Both the position numbers and the translations under genes were made by a program. From Promethearchaeota archaeon (lineage in GTDB: Archaea; Asgardarchaeota; Thorarchaeia; Thorarchaeales; Thorarchaeaceae), in NCBI GenBank assembly GCA_014728035.1, contig WJMJ01000128.1, positions 1 through 64,000 of the forward strand: a stretch of DNA of 64,000 nt. The letters run 5' to 3'. Of the stretch, positions 1 through 9,125 are shown in pieces. Each line of letters starts with the position of its first letter. Position 1 is the first letter of the stretch. The notes under the pieces were generated by a model, which saw only the letters and a list, made by a program, of their open reading frames with translations, had not been told where the DNA came from and ran no database searches.

Positions 1-447
1 ATGATTTGCAGAAAAGATTCCAGGTTCATATTCAAATTCCGCAAGTGTGTATTGCTCTGGAATTGATGTGAGCCGAGCAGAAAGGTGATTTGACATGAGC
101 CAGATTACAACATCCTGTTCAGAATAAATCCGCACTTCTACATGTTCCCAATCGCCAAGATGTTCTCCCAATCCAAGAGGTGCTCTTGGAAAACGATTGT
201 AACGGTACCAGAACCAGTATCGGATTTGAGTAAGAGTTGAATTTTTCCAGAGCTCAAAGTAGCAAGGAGTCTTTGGATTGAGTTTCTTAGGTGATAGATC
301 TTTTTCAAATTGATCCCAATCATCACTGAAAGTTTGATAGGTTTCCTCTGCATCACTAGGATAGCAGCAATATTCTCCTTCTCTTGGGTGAAAGAGGAGG
401 ATTGGAGCATACTCACGAACTAAGGAAAAATCAACATCTTCGGACAT
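1..447 (-). CDS. Vps62/NPP1-like protein (partial, runs off window start; absent from ORF track)
   Basis: Manual translation from ATG 447: MSEDVDFSLVREYAPILLFHP...IRYWFWYRYN...GEHLGDWEHVEVRI. YAP, YWxxYxYN and HxGDWEH motifs are typical of Vps62-like proteins. Confidence 0.75.
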   Translation of the reverse strand, partial: MSEDVDFSLVREYAPILLFHPREGEYCCYPSDAEETYQTFSDDWDQFEKDLSPKKLNPKTPCYFELWKNSTLTQIRYWFWYRYNRFPRAPLGLGEHLGDWEHVEVRIYSEQDVVIWLMSNHLSARLTSIPEQYTLAEFEYEPGIFSANH

Positions 448-485
448 TATTATAGATGCAGATATACTACAATAAGAATGTTTTA

Positions 486-578
486 GAAAGAAATCACAAA
501 TCGGGTTTTGGCTGGTGAGGCCAAAACCCCCGCATGTGAAGTGAAAGGAGATAAAGGTAAAGGTGTATTACCTTCACG
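486..578 (-). ncRNA. Candidate small RNA or structured 3' element downstream of the his operon
   Basis: TATA-like TATTATAT at 597-604; hairpin 557-577 with a G-U pair only on the minus strand; CU-rich linker; 10-bp hairpin 503-529; U-rich tail. Confidence 0.35.
503..529 (-). terminator. GC-rich hairpin followed by U-rich tract
   Basis: GGGTTTTGGC-N7-GCCAAAACCC perfect inverted repeat; minus strand continues ATTTGTGATTTCTTTCT. Confidence 0.55.
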
Positions 579-718
579 TATGTATGGGTGTAGAAAATAT
601 AATAGTCTAAAGTTAGAACACGGATTTTCCTTGTTTTCCATTTTTGTTCTGATTCTCGAACGAAAAATTCCAATTCTGCAAGAGAAAAAGGATGGACAAT
701 AAGTCCATCCAAGTCATC

Positions 719-1048
719 CTATTCAAGAACGAGTTTGTGAAAACAAGTGCGCTTATTCAGATGACAAGCAGAACCTTTTTGGTCAACCAAAAAGACCAAT
801 GCATCGTTGTCACAATCAGTAAAGATTTGTATTATCCTTTGGACGTTACCAGACGTGACTCCCTTCTTCATAATTCGTCCCTTAGACCGACGATAATAGT
901 GTGCATATCCGGTTTTTTGTGTCAATTCTAAGGCAGCTCTATTTGTATAGGCAAGAGTAAGAACCTCCAGAGTATTTGCCTCTTGAACCACAACTGGAAC
1001 CAGACCATTTCCTTTTTGGAAATCGATCTCGTCAATTCTGATGTTCAT
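719..1048 (-). CDS. hisI: Phosphoribosyl-AMP cyclohydrolase
   Basis: [24 protein letters not shown] and ACH...CF motifs; no HisE domain. Confidence 0.95.
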   Translation of the reverse strand: MNIRIDEIDFQKGNGLVPVVVQEANTLEVLTLAYTNRAALELTQKTGYAHYYRRSKGRIMKKGVTSGNVQRIIQIFTDCDNDALVFLVDQKGSACHLNKRTCFHKLVLE

Positions 1049-1827
1049 AGTCTCACCTCCAGATTGTTTTCTGAAAGAAAGTGTTTAACATGGGGGATTG
1101 GAAATTGCTCAAAGTGGAAAACAGATGCCGCTAGAGCAGCGTCGGCCATTCCAGTTGTAAGGACTTGGAGAAAATGCAATGGGTTTCCTGCACCACCACT
1201 CGCGATGATAGGAATATTCACAGAGGAGGAAACATGCCGAGTGAGGAAAATATCATATCCATTTTTTGTTCCATCACAGTCCATAGAAGTAAGGAGAATC
1301 TCACCTGCACCAAGCTCTTCACCTCTTATCGCCCAATCCAAAACATCAATGCCAGTTGGAATGCGTCCTCCATGAGTATAGACCTCCGTATATCCAATCT
1401 GTTTCATATCAGGATTTTGTGAGGTTCGTTTGGCATCAATAGCCAGAACCACACATTGCGACCCAAAAATCTGAGAGATTTCTTCAATGATACTTGGCCG
1501 ATTTACAGCAGCAGTATTTATGCAGATTTTATCAGCTCCCGCCTCAAGTAGTAATCTAGCATCTTCAACAGAACGAATTCCACCACCCACAGTGAAGGGA
1601 ATATCCAATTGAGAAGCGACTTGCTTTACAGTTTCTATGATGGTATTTCGTGCATCTGATGAGGCAGTAATATCCAAGTATACTAGCTCATCAGCTCCTT
1701 CACAGCTATAACGCAATCCTAACTCAACAGGGTCTCCAGCATCTTGGAGGTCAACAAAGTTCACACCTTTTACGACACGTCCCTTATCCACATCAAGACA
1801 GGGAATAATTCGCTTTGCAAGGGTCAT
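1045..1827 (-). CDS. hisF: Imidazole glycerol phosphate synthase cyclase subunit
   Basis: [11 protein letters not shown]...[34 protein letters not shown]. Confidence 0.98.
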   Translation of the reverse strand: MTLAKRIIPCLDVDKGRVVKGVNFVDLQDAGDPVELGLRYSCEGADELVYLDITASSDARNTIIETVKQVASQLDIPFTVGGGIRSVEDARLLLEAGADKICINTAAVNRPSIIEEISQIFGSQCVVLAIDAKRTSQNPDMKQIGYTEVYTHGGRIPTGIDVLDWAIRGEELGAGEILLTSMDCDGTKNGYDIFLTRHVSSSVNIPIIASGGAGNPLHFLQVLTTGMADAALAASVFHFEQFPIPHVKHFLSENNLEVRL

Positions 1828-2552
1828 GATGTAACCTCCAAAGCCAATATGACTTCTTCAAGTGTTACTAATCCTTCATAGAGCGCACGACCGATTATTG
1901 CACCATATACACCAACCCCTGCAAGTTCTCTCAAATCATGTAACGAAGAAACACCGCCCGCAGCAAGAATATTTACAGATGTCGTTTTGCAGAGGTGTCG
2001 AAATACATCTACATCACAACCACTTAATGTGCCATCACGTTCAATAGCGGTTACTAAATAGGTTTGAAAATCACACTTTGAAAACAAATCAATTGCTGCT
2101 CCAACCTGTATAGTTGTTGATTTCTTCCACCCATCAATTCGGATAGAATTATCAATATAATCCAAACTGATGATTATTCGTTCAGAACCGTAGTCTTCCT
2201 TGAGTCGAAGTAGACAGCTCAGATTAGTCAAAGCCATAGAACCTACTATAATTTTGCAATTATCATAGCGAAGTAGATATGATGCACTTTGATAATCTCG
2301 GATTCCACCCCCAATTTGTAACGAAACTGAGCTTGATTCTAACATATCTAGAATGAGTGGCAGGTTTGATCCTCTTCCGGTTGCTGCATCCAAATCAATC
2401 AACTGTATAGTATCAACACCAACATCAATCCAATTATCAAGAACCTTCTGCGGAGTTCCCCATTTCGAGTAGTTAGTTCTTTGAGAGGGGTTTCCTTGGT
2501 ATAATCTAACAACAGAATTGCTCATCAGGTCTATTGCAGGAATGACCTTCAT
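1824..2552 (-). CDS. hisA: ProFAR isomerase
   Basis: [38 protein letters not shown]. Confidence 0.95.
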   Translation of the reverse strand: MKVIPAIDLMSNSVVRLYQGNPSQRTNYSKWGTPQKVLDNWIDVGVDTIQLIDLDAATGRGSNLPLILDMLESSSVSLQIGGGIRDYQSASYLLRYDNCKIIVGSMALTNLSCLLRLKEDYGSERIIISLDYIDNSIRIDGWKKSTTIQVGAAIDLFSKCDFQTYLVTAIERDGTLSGCDVDVFRHLCKTTSVNILAAGGVSSLHDLRELAGVGVYGAIIGRALYEGLVTLEEVILALEVTS

Positions 2553-3163
2553 GACCGACCCTCCTTTGCAATTTGGACAAATCGTTCAAGTATGTGGAAT
2601 CCTTGAGACCCCGATTTTTCAGGATGGAATTGAGTGGCAAATATTGAACCATGTTCGATTATTGCAGGGAACTGAATCCCATAATCTGTAATGCCAGTTA
2701 TGACACTTTGATTCTCTGGTTGAGCGATGTATGAGTGTACAAAGTAGAACCAAGACGCATTGAGAGACCTATCAAGTATTCTACTGTTTCGATCTAACCT
2801 CACCCTATTCCATCCCATATGAGGTGTCTTTAGAGATGTCGGAAGTTTTTCAACCCGTCCTTTGATAATGTCAAGTCCTGTTGATTCACCCTCTTCACTG
2901 AATGAAAAGAGTAATTGAAGCCCTAAGCAGATTCCCAATACGGGAATTGACGATTCAATCAATCTTTCAATTTCATTCACTGCAGGTTTGATGGATTCAA
3001 TTGCGGACCCAAAGTGACCGACACCCGGAATGACCAAGCCATCACAGGAGATATCAGCATCAACGGATGCTACACGCGCCGAAACCCCAGTACGTAGTAG
3101 TGCATTTTTGATGCTGAAGAGATTGCCAGCACCATAGTCTAGAATTAGTATCTTGGTCATCAA
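2549..3163 (-). CDS. hisH: Imidazole glycerol phosphate synthase glutaminase subunit
   Basis: DYGAGNL, PGVGHF, GICLG, PHMGWN, YFVHSY, QFHPEKS. Confidence 0.98.
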   Translation of the reverse strand: MMTKILILDYGAGNLFSIKNALLRTGVSARVASVDADISCDGLVIPGVGHFGSAIESIKPAVNEIERLIESSIPVLGICLGLQLLFSFSEEGESTGLDIIKGRVEKLPTSLKTPHMGWNRVRLDRNSRILDRSLNASWFYFVHSYIAQPENQSVITGITDYGIQFPAIIEHGSIFATQFHPEKSGSQGFHILERFVQIAKEGRS

Positions 3164-3729
3164 AGCACCCCCTTCGCACTCGGTATCTCTTTGGTCTGGA
3201 CGGAGATACCCTCTCTGAGTGATAGAGCAAGGGCTTTGAAAACCGCCTCTACTTTGTGGTGATCATTCTTTCCATATTGAACTAAAATATGTAAATTGAA
3301 GCAAGCTGAGTGTGCAAAGGTTTCAAGGAAGTGCTTGATGTCCTCTGTTGGTATATCTTCTATTATTCTTCGCTCAAGCGGGATATTTGCAACATAGTAT
3401 GAGCGTCTAACCAAATCTAAGACAACTTGTGCTAGTGAGCAATCCATAGGAACTAACGCACTACCAAATCTCTGGATTCCAGTCCCATCACCTAAGGCTT
3501 GTCGAAATGCTTGCCCGAAAACAATAGCAATATCTTCAATGATATGGTGTAGTAAGTCTCCAGATGCCTGAATCGTGACATCAATTCCACTGTGTACACT
3601 CAAGGAGTTCAGCATGTGCGACAGAAATTTGGATGGAGTACAAATGATAGATTCTCCACTACCATCAAGATTAACTTCTACAGAGACCTTCGTTTCTCTG
3701 GTTTCTCGTTCAACTATTGCTCTTCTCAT
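3160..3729 (-). CDS. hisB: Imidazoleglycerol-phosphate dehydratase (start revised to ATG overlapping the hisC stop)
   Basis: RETRETKV, FLSHML, HHIIED, NDHHKVEAVFKA, IPSAKGVL; GGAGG SD. Confidence 0.96.
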   Translation of the reverse strand: MRRAIVERETRETKVSVEVNLDGSGESIICTPSKFLSHMLNSLSVHSGIDVTIQASGDLLHHIIEDIAIVFGQAFRQALGDGTGIQRFGSALVPMDCSLAQVVLDLVRRSYYVANIPLERRIIEDIPTEDIKHFLETFAHSACFNLHILVQYGKNDHHKVEAVFKALALSLREGISVQTKEIPSAKGVL

Positions 3730-4814
3730 TTTAGAACCTCCTTTAATGCATCCAAAAATCGAACCATCAGATTTGATGGAGCAATAGTAACACGAAGGCA
3801 ATTGGAATACTGTAGAACAGTCCCTATGTCACGAACTAAGATTCCGCTTCTCATCAACTGTTGTTGAATTTCTGTGGAATTATTCCTAGCACTGAAGAGG
3901 AGAAAATTTGTTTCAGATGGAAATGGCAACACTCCAGAAAGGGATTGAAGACTATCAAATGTTCGAGACCGCTCTCTTCTCATCTGATTATCAGCATCAA
4001 TAACCAGCTCAAGATTATCCAAGAGAGCTAATGCCACCTCTACTGAAAATGTGGATAACGGAAAAGGCTGTTGAACTCTCTCCCGTAAAATAGTCATTAG
4101 AGATCGGTCTCCGATTGCATACCCAACTCGAAGACCAGCAAGCCCAAACGATTTTGATAAGGTTCGGAGTATCACGAGATTCGAATAAGTAGACAACAAC
4201 GGGGAAGTTCGAGGATTATCAATCAGATACGCCTCATCAAGAAGAACAAGACAATCTGATTCTTGAAGTAAGATTTCAACATCATCTATACTCTGTTGAT
4301 TACCCGTGGGATTATTGGGAGAACACAAGAAGACGATCTTTGTTTCAGGTCTGATTGAATTCAAGATAGAATCAATATTCAAACTAAAATCTTGATTCAA
4401 TGATACTTGTGAAAAGTTGCACCCGTGAAACTGTAACACCCTTTTGTACATTGAGAATGTAGGAGTTACCACTATAGCATGGTCATCTTGTGACAAAACA
4501 GACCGCACAAACAACTCGATAAGCTGGTCGCTTCCATTACCAAGTAAAATCTGATCCGCATCTGTACAATTCATAGAAGCCAATTTAGAACGGAGAGTAT
4601 AGATGTCGGATTGATACTTGCGCGGATCATAAGAGTCCACAGTTTCAAACATCAATTTCCTAAGGGAAACCAAGTCGATAAACAAGTTCTCATTTGCTGA
4701 CAAATCAAGATAATCCTGAATGCCCAAAGATTCCGTTATTGTTGTTCTATAAATCGAGGTGCGTTTGGCAATATCTGAAATGAGACCCATCCATCTCCGA
4801 GATTGGAAACTCAT
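3726..4814 (-). CDS. hisC: Histidinol-phosphate aminotransferase
   Basis: LSANEN, GNGSDQLI, CSPNNPTG, DEAY, LRTLSKSFGLAGLRVGY. Confidence 0.95.
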   Translation of the reverse strand: MSFQSRRWMGLISDIAKRTSIYRTTITESLGIQDYLDLSANENLFIDLVSLRKLMFETVDSYDPRKYQSDIYTLRSKLASMNCTDADQILLGNGSDQLIELFVRSVLSQDDHAIVVTPTFSMYKRVLQFHGCNFSQVSLNQDFSLNIDSILNSIRPETKIVFLCSPNNPTGNQQSIDDVEILLQESDCLVLLDEAYLIDNPRTSPLLSTYSNLVILRTLSKSFGLAGLRVGYAIGDRSLMTILRERVQQPFPLSTFSVEVALALLDNLELVIDADNQMRRERSRTFDSLQSLSGVLPFPSETNFLLFSARNNSTEIQQQLMRSGILVRDIGTVLQYSNCLRVTIAPSNLMVRFLDALKEVLK

Positions 4815-6112
4815 TTGGGAAACCTCCCTTTTGTCGCAGAACCGTGGCTCGGAAGACCCTCACATTCTGACAGGATTTGTACATTATCCGACACCTTACG
4901 GAGTCCATTTTCAGTACACTCAACGATAGCATATGTTCTTACGAAATCAGCAACCGAGAGATGAGAATAGACATTTCCGTATCCTCCAGTTGGTAAGACG
5001 TGATTTACTCCTAAACAATAGTCACTAGCCGCTACGGGGGAATAACCACCAATCAAAACCAGACCTGCAGTCTTGATTTTATCCGCATCAAATCTGGCAT
5101 TAATTGTCATAATCTCCACATGTTCAGGAGCGTATTGATTAACAAAATTAAATCCCTCAACAAGATTTGAGCAAACATACACTAGACCATTATCATTCAA
5201 AGACTGACGGATTGTCCAAGATCGAGGAAGGTTCAAGGTTATCTCTTGCAATAGACGAATGACATTGTCAGCTAATGCGTCTGAATCAGTGACCAGAACT
5301 GCTTTGGCATCCGGATCGTGCTCTGCTTGAGATATTAAATCGAGAGCAATTAGTCTAGGATTAGCAGACTTATCCGCAATCACAAGAAGTTCGCTAGGCC
5401 CAGCTAGCATATCCACGGGCACATCGATAGATACCATTCGTTTTGCTGCAGTCACATATCGATTCCCAGGACCTACTATTTTATCTACTGGGTTTATTGA
5501 GGATGTACCATAAGCAAGTGCGGCAATTGCTTGAGCCCCACCAACCCGATAGATTTCTGTTGCTCCACAGATGTCAGCTGCAACAAGAGTGAGTGGATCT
5601 ATTTCACCATTTGGACCAGGAGGAGTACATATCACAACCCGCGATACCCCAGCAACAATAGCTGGTACAACGGACATCACAACAGAACTTGGATATGCAG
5701 CAGAACCACCTGGAACATAGCAACCTATGCTTCTCAGAGGAGCGATGGCATTTCTAATACCAACACCCTCGATTGTGATGCCATATTGTAATCGAGCCAA
5801 TCCAACTTCATAGTGATGGGCAAGTCGTTTTTTCGACTCGCAGATTGCATCCATGGCATCTTGATTAACTAATTTGTAAGCTAATTTGATTTCTGTATCC
5901 TTCACTCGAATACGTCCAGATATATCGACTTGATCATAGATCTTTGTGAACCGTAAGAGTGCCGTATCACCCTCACATCGAACTGATTCAACAATCTCAG
6001 ATACATCTGTATCCATCACATTGCGTCCTCGCACCGAACGAGGCCAACGTGAGTCCAGAATATATTGAGGTGTTTCATTGACCTTACAGATAGAGAGAGG
6101 CGGATTCTTCAT
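4811..6112 (-). CDS. hisD: Histidinol dehydrogenase
   Basis: GCYVPGG, GGAQAIAALAYG, KIVGPGNRYV, AGPSE, SQAEHD, APEH, NHVLPT. Confidence 0.98.
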   Translation of the reverse strand: MKNPPLSICKVNETPQYILDSRWPRSVRGRNVMDTDVSEIVESVRCEGDTALLRFTKIYDQVDISGRIRVKDTEIKLAYKLVNQDAMDAICESKKRLAHHYEVGLARLQYGITIEGVGIRNAIAPLRSIGCYVPGGSAAYPSSVVMSVVPAIVAGVSRVVICTPPGPNGEIDPLTLVAADICGATEIYRVGGAQAIAALAYGTSSINPVDKIVGPGNRYVTAAKRMVSIDVPVDMLAGPSELLVIADKSANPRLIALDLISQAEHDPDAKAVLVTDSDALADNVIRLLQEITLNLPRSWTIRQSLNDNGLVYVCSNLVEGFNFVNQYAPEHVEIMTINARFDADKIKTAGLVLIGGYSPVAASDYCLGVNHVLPTGGYGNVYSHLSVADFVRTYAIVECTENGLRKVSDNVQILSECEGLPSHGSATKGRFPK

Positions 6113-7095
6113 GATTCAACACCTCTCAGTGCCGAAACATCTTCCAATGATAGAACCTGTCGGGGTTCGTATACGACTAGCCCTTGAGCTAATTTTCGAA
6201 GTAATGGAATAAAATGCAGGTATTCACTTCTATCGATGACTGTATTCAATGCAACCCAATCATCATCTGATAGCGGGGATATAGTAGGTTTCTTGAGACC
6301 CGGAAGTTGCTCCAGAAGCACCTCAAGGTTGGACTTTTCCACATTCACAAATATGTGTAAACGTTTTCGCCCATCTATGACACCACCTAAAAGAGTGGCA
6401 ATGTCAAGAACCTTCTCTCGCTTTTGAGGTTCTGATAGAACTGATGAATTGCATATTAGAACAGCACTAGACTCCATCAGTACTTCAATAACCTTCAGTC
6501 CGTTCTGACGAAGAGAAGTTCCAGTATCCATTACTTCGACGATAGCATCTGCCGCAATAGGTGGTTTTGCTTCCGTTGCTCCAAATGAGAGATATACAGC
6601 AACCTTGTCATTCTCACCTTTTCTCCACCAAGGTGTGATAATCAGAGGTTCTTGGTTTCCAAAGAGTTCGTGATATGCAGCATTATTCTGAATTGCACGT
6701 GATGCAAGATTGGGATATTCTGTGGAGATTCGAAGAGTCCTTCTGTCATTTGCGAATGTACGGATTAGGTCCGATAGTGAGCAAATTTCAGACATGCAAT
6801 TCTGAATTGCAACAACAATTCGTACCTTAGAATATTCAAGATCTAATAGGGTTTCAACTTTCACGCCAGTTTCAGCTATCCAGTCAGCACCAGTGATGCC
6901 CACATCTTGAATCCCTTCAGCAACGTAGATGGGAATCTCCTGTGGGCGTAACACTCTCAGTTCAATATGGTGATCATTAATGGATGGTTGGTAGGTACGA
7001 GAACTACCGGAAATAGAATATCCTGCACGACTCATAGCTTTGAGTGTGTCATTCATCAAGTGCCCATTTGGAATAGCAAGTCTTACCTGATCCAT
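6109..7095 (-). CDS. hisG: ATP phosphoribosyltransferase, long form with C-terminal regulatory domain
   Basis: RPQEIPIYVAEG..DVGITGAD, SFGATEAKP, DTGTSLRQNGL, PGLKKPTISPL. Confidence 0.96.
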   Translation of the reverse strand: MDQVRLAIPNGHLMNDTLKAMSRAGYSISGSSRTYQPSINDHHIELRVLRPQEIPIYVAEGIQDVGITGADWIAETGVKVETLLDLEYSKVRIVVAIQNCMSEICSLSDLIRTFANDRRTLRISTEYPNLASRAIQNNAAYHELFGNQEPLIITPWWRKGENDKVAVYLSFGATEAKPPIAADAIVEVMDTGTSLRQNGLKVIEVLMESSAVLICNSSVLSEPQKREKVLDIATLLGGVIDGRKRLHIFVNVEKSNLEVLLEQLPGLKKPTISPLSDDDWVALNTVIDRSEYLHFIPLLRKLAQGLVVYEPRQVLSLEDVSALRGVES

Positions 7096-7237
7096 AATTT
7101 TTCACCTAGAATTAGTTTGGTTGAATTCATTTCATTCAATGAAAGAAATCGCTGAACAGAGAGTCCACTAGAATACAAAATTAGAGAACTGAAAAACAGC
7201 GAAAACGGAGAAACCACTAGAAGATTGATTTCAAGTG

Positions 7238-7294
7238 TTATCGTAGCGATGTTGTTACAGATGAACACAATCGCCTGTGAACGCAAGACCTCAT
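7238..7294 (-). CDS. Putative uORF (MRSCVHRRLCSSVTTSLR) in the hisG 5' region
   Basis: TTTATA at 7332-7337, GGTGA SD at 7303-7307, ATG 7294, TAA 7238; one His codon. Confidence 0.3.
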   Translation of the reverse strand: MRSCVHRRLCSSVTTSLR

Positions 7295-7390
7295 TGTGTG
7301 TTTCACCAAGAGTCTGGCCCGATTGTGTCAATATAAACATTGCTGCACAAAAAAGAACATCGGGCCCTCGTCACCCCTCCTTTTGTCACA

Positions 7391-7450
7391 CTAAGCTACT
7401 TGGCACCGCCAAGTGGCATGACGTTGCCATCGCCAATGATGAGTGTCCAT
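7391..7450 (-). CDS. Putative His/Trp-rich leader peptide MDTHHWRWQRHATWRCQVA
   Basis: GAAGGT SD-like element ~8 nt upstream; 3 His and 3 Trp in 19 codons; overlapping hairpins; downstream TTCTTTTTT. Confidence 0.6.
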   Translation of the reverse strand: MDTHHWRWQRHATWRCQVA

Positions 7451-7499
7451 ATTTTCAAACCTTCTTTCTATTTCTATGAAAACGGTGTTCGACCTATTT

Positions 7500-8858
7500 T
7501 TAAGCGGCCTGTTCTCTTGCAATACTAATATCTCCTTTTGGTAAAGATGCCTGCTCTGACGAAAGACTACCCGACAGTAGACTGTCATATGCACCCATGT
7601 CAAAATATCCATGACCTGAGAGATTGAGGACGATTGTTTCTTCTCTGTTGTTTCTCTTTGCATAGAGAGCACGGTCTATTGCTGCCTTGATTGCATGTGC
7701 TGATTCTGGAGCAGGAATAATTCCTTCACACCGTGCAAAGAGAACCCCTGCATTTAGTACCTCAATTTGGTCGTAAGCAATTGGCTTGATACATCCCTCA
7801 TTCACTAGAGCACTGATGGTAGGAGCCATTCCATGGTATCTCAGCCCTCCTGCGTGGATTTTTGGTGGTGTGAAGTTTTGACCAAGCGAATACATTTTCA
7901 GTTTTGGAGTAAGTCCTGCTGTATCCCCAAAATCATACTTGTATTCACCCTTTGTCAAGGTTGGACATGCTGTTGGTTCAACTGCAATATAGTCCACGTC
8001 ATCAAATCTTGAATCAGCTAGGAATGGAAACACCATTCCACCGAAGTTGCTACCACCACCTACACATCCAATTAAGGTGTCCACCTTTTCATCAACACTC
8101 TCAAGTTGTGCTATGACCTCTTGCCCAATGACAGTCTGATGCAATAGGACGTGGTTCAACACCGAGCCAAGCGTATACTTTGTATCCTCACGACTTAGGG
8201 TATCCTCAAGTGCCTCACTGATTGCTATACCAAGGGTTCCAGGATGATCTGGATTATCCTTCCGGATTTGGCGGCCAAACTCAGTGATGTCAGAGGGGCT
8301 TGGTACAATAGTAGCTCCAAAGGAGCGCATCAAGGTCCCACGATATCGCTTCTGCTCGTAGCTGATCTTGACCATATACACCATTGCTTCAATATCAAAT
8401 ACTGAGCAGGCTAAGGCAACCGCACTGCCCCATTGCCCAGCGCCAGTTTCAGTAGCCAGACGTTCAGTACCTTCCTTGGCTGCATAATATGCCTGAGCTA
8501 AAGCAGTATTCAACTTGTGACTTCCAGTCGGTGACACATCCTCACGCTTGAAATAAATCCGCGCAGGGGTCTTCAACCGTTCCTCAAGTCTTACAGCTCT
8601 CTGAAGCGGACTTGGTCGCCCAAATCGTATCAGGGCATCTCTAATCTCTGTGGGAATTTTTACAAGCTTCTCTTGAGTTGCTTCCTGCTTAACACACTCT
8701 TGTGCGAAAATTGCAGTAAGCACATCAGGACTAGCTGGTTCACCAGTTCCAGGATCTATAGGAGGAGCCAAGGGCTCGGATAGATACGGTACTATGTTGA
8801 CATAGTTTTTTGGAACATCTTCTATATCCAATATAATTCGATTCTTGTTTACACTCAT
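7500..8858 (-). CDS. trpB: Tryptophan synthase beta chain, TrpB2 type (start revised to MSVNKNR)
   Basis: [16 protein letters not shown] (PLP lysine), [41 protein letters not shown]; N-terminal extension typical of TrpB2. Confidence 0.95.
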   Translation of the reverse strand: MSVNKNRIILDIEDVPKNYVNIVPYLSEPLAPPIDPGTGEPASPDVLTAIFAQECVKQEATQEKLVKIPTEIRDALIRFGRPSPLQRAVRLEERLKTPARIYFKREDVSPTGSHKLNTALAQAYYAAKEGTERLATETGAGQWGSAVALACSVFDIEAMVYMVKISYEQKRYRGTLMRSFGATIVPSPSDITEFGRQIRKDNPDHPGTLGIAISEALEDTLSREDTKYTLGSVLNHVLLHQTVIGQEVIAQLESVDEKVDTLIGCVGGGSNFGGMVFPFLADSRFDDVDYIAVEPTACPTLTKGEYKYDFGDTAGLTPKLKMYSLGQNFTPPKIHAGGLRYHGMAPTISALVNEGCIKPIAYDQIEVLNAGVLFARCEGIIPAPESAHAIKAAIDRALYAKRNNREETIVLNLSGHGYFDMGAYDSLLSGSLSSEQASLPKGDISIAREQAA

Positions 8859-9020
8859 GGATGTTACGTCCAATTTTTTGTGACATACGCCCCTTCGATG
8901 AATCGTGTGATACTGCAATCTGAGTGAATGAAAGATGCAACTCGCGAATTGGTTGATAAAAAGAGCAACTCTGAATGCAGTAATCGAGTGTCTGTATCAA
9001 TCGGACAACTGGCGAACTAA

Positions 9021-9077
9021 CTAGACGGGTCCTCGTGGACCCCAATGCCATTGGTAATGATACACTCTCGACACCAT
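9021..9077 (-). CDS. Putative aromatic/His-rich leader peptide MVSRVYHYQWHWGPRGPV
   Basis: TATATATA at 9118-9125, GAGGTG SD at 9081-9086, ATG 9077 (or GTG 9074), TAG 9021; YHYQWHW cluster followed by a GGGTCC-ACGA-GGACCC hairpin. Confidence 0.65.
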   Translation of the reverse strand: MVSRVYHYQWHWGPRGPV

Positions 9078-9117
9078 TAACACCTCGAAAGGGCTGCGTT
9101 GTGCGTTTGAAGACCCC

Positions 9118-9125
9118 TATATATA
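9118..9125 (-). promoter_or_regulatory. TATA box for the leader-trpB2 transcript
   Basis: TATATATA ~32 nt upstream of the leader SD, consistent with a start site near 9095. Confidence 0.5.

Noticed and set aside
138-416. 92-aa ORF in the track
   Set aside because: Out-of-frame shadow of the Vps62-like gene 1-447.
7391-7672. 93-aa ORF overlapping the trpB 3' end
   Set aside because: Only the last 19 codons have an SD and meaningful composition; the rest overlaps trpB.
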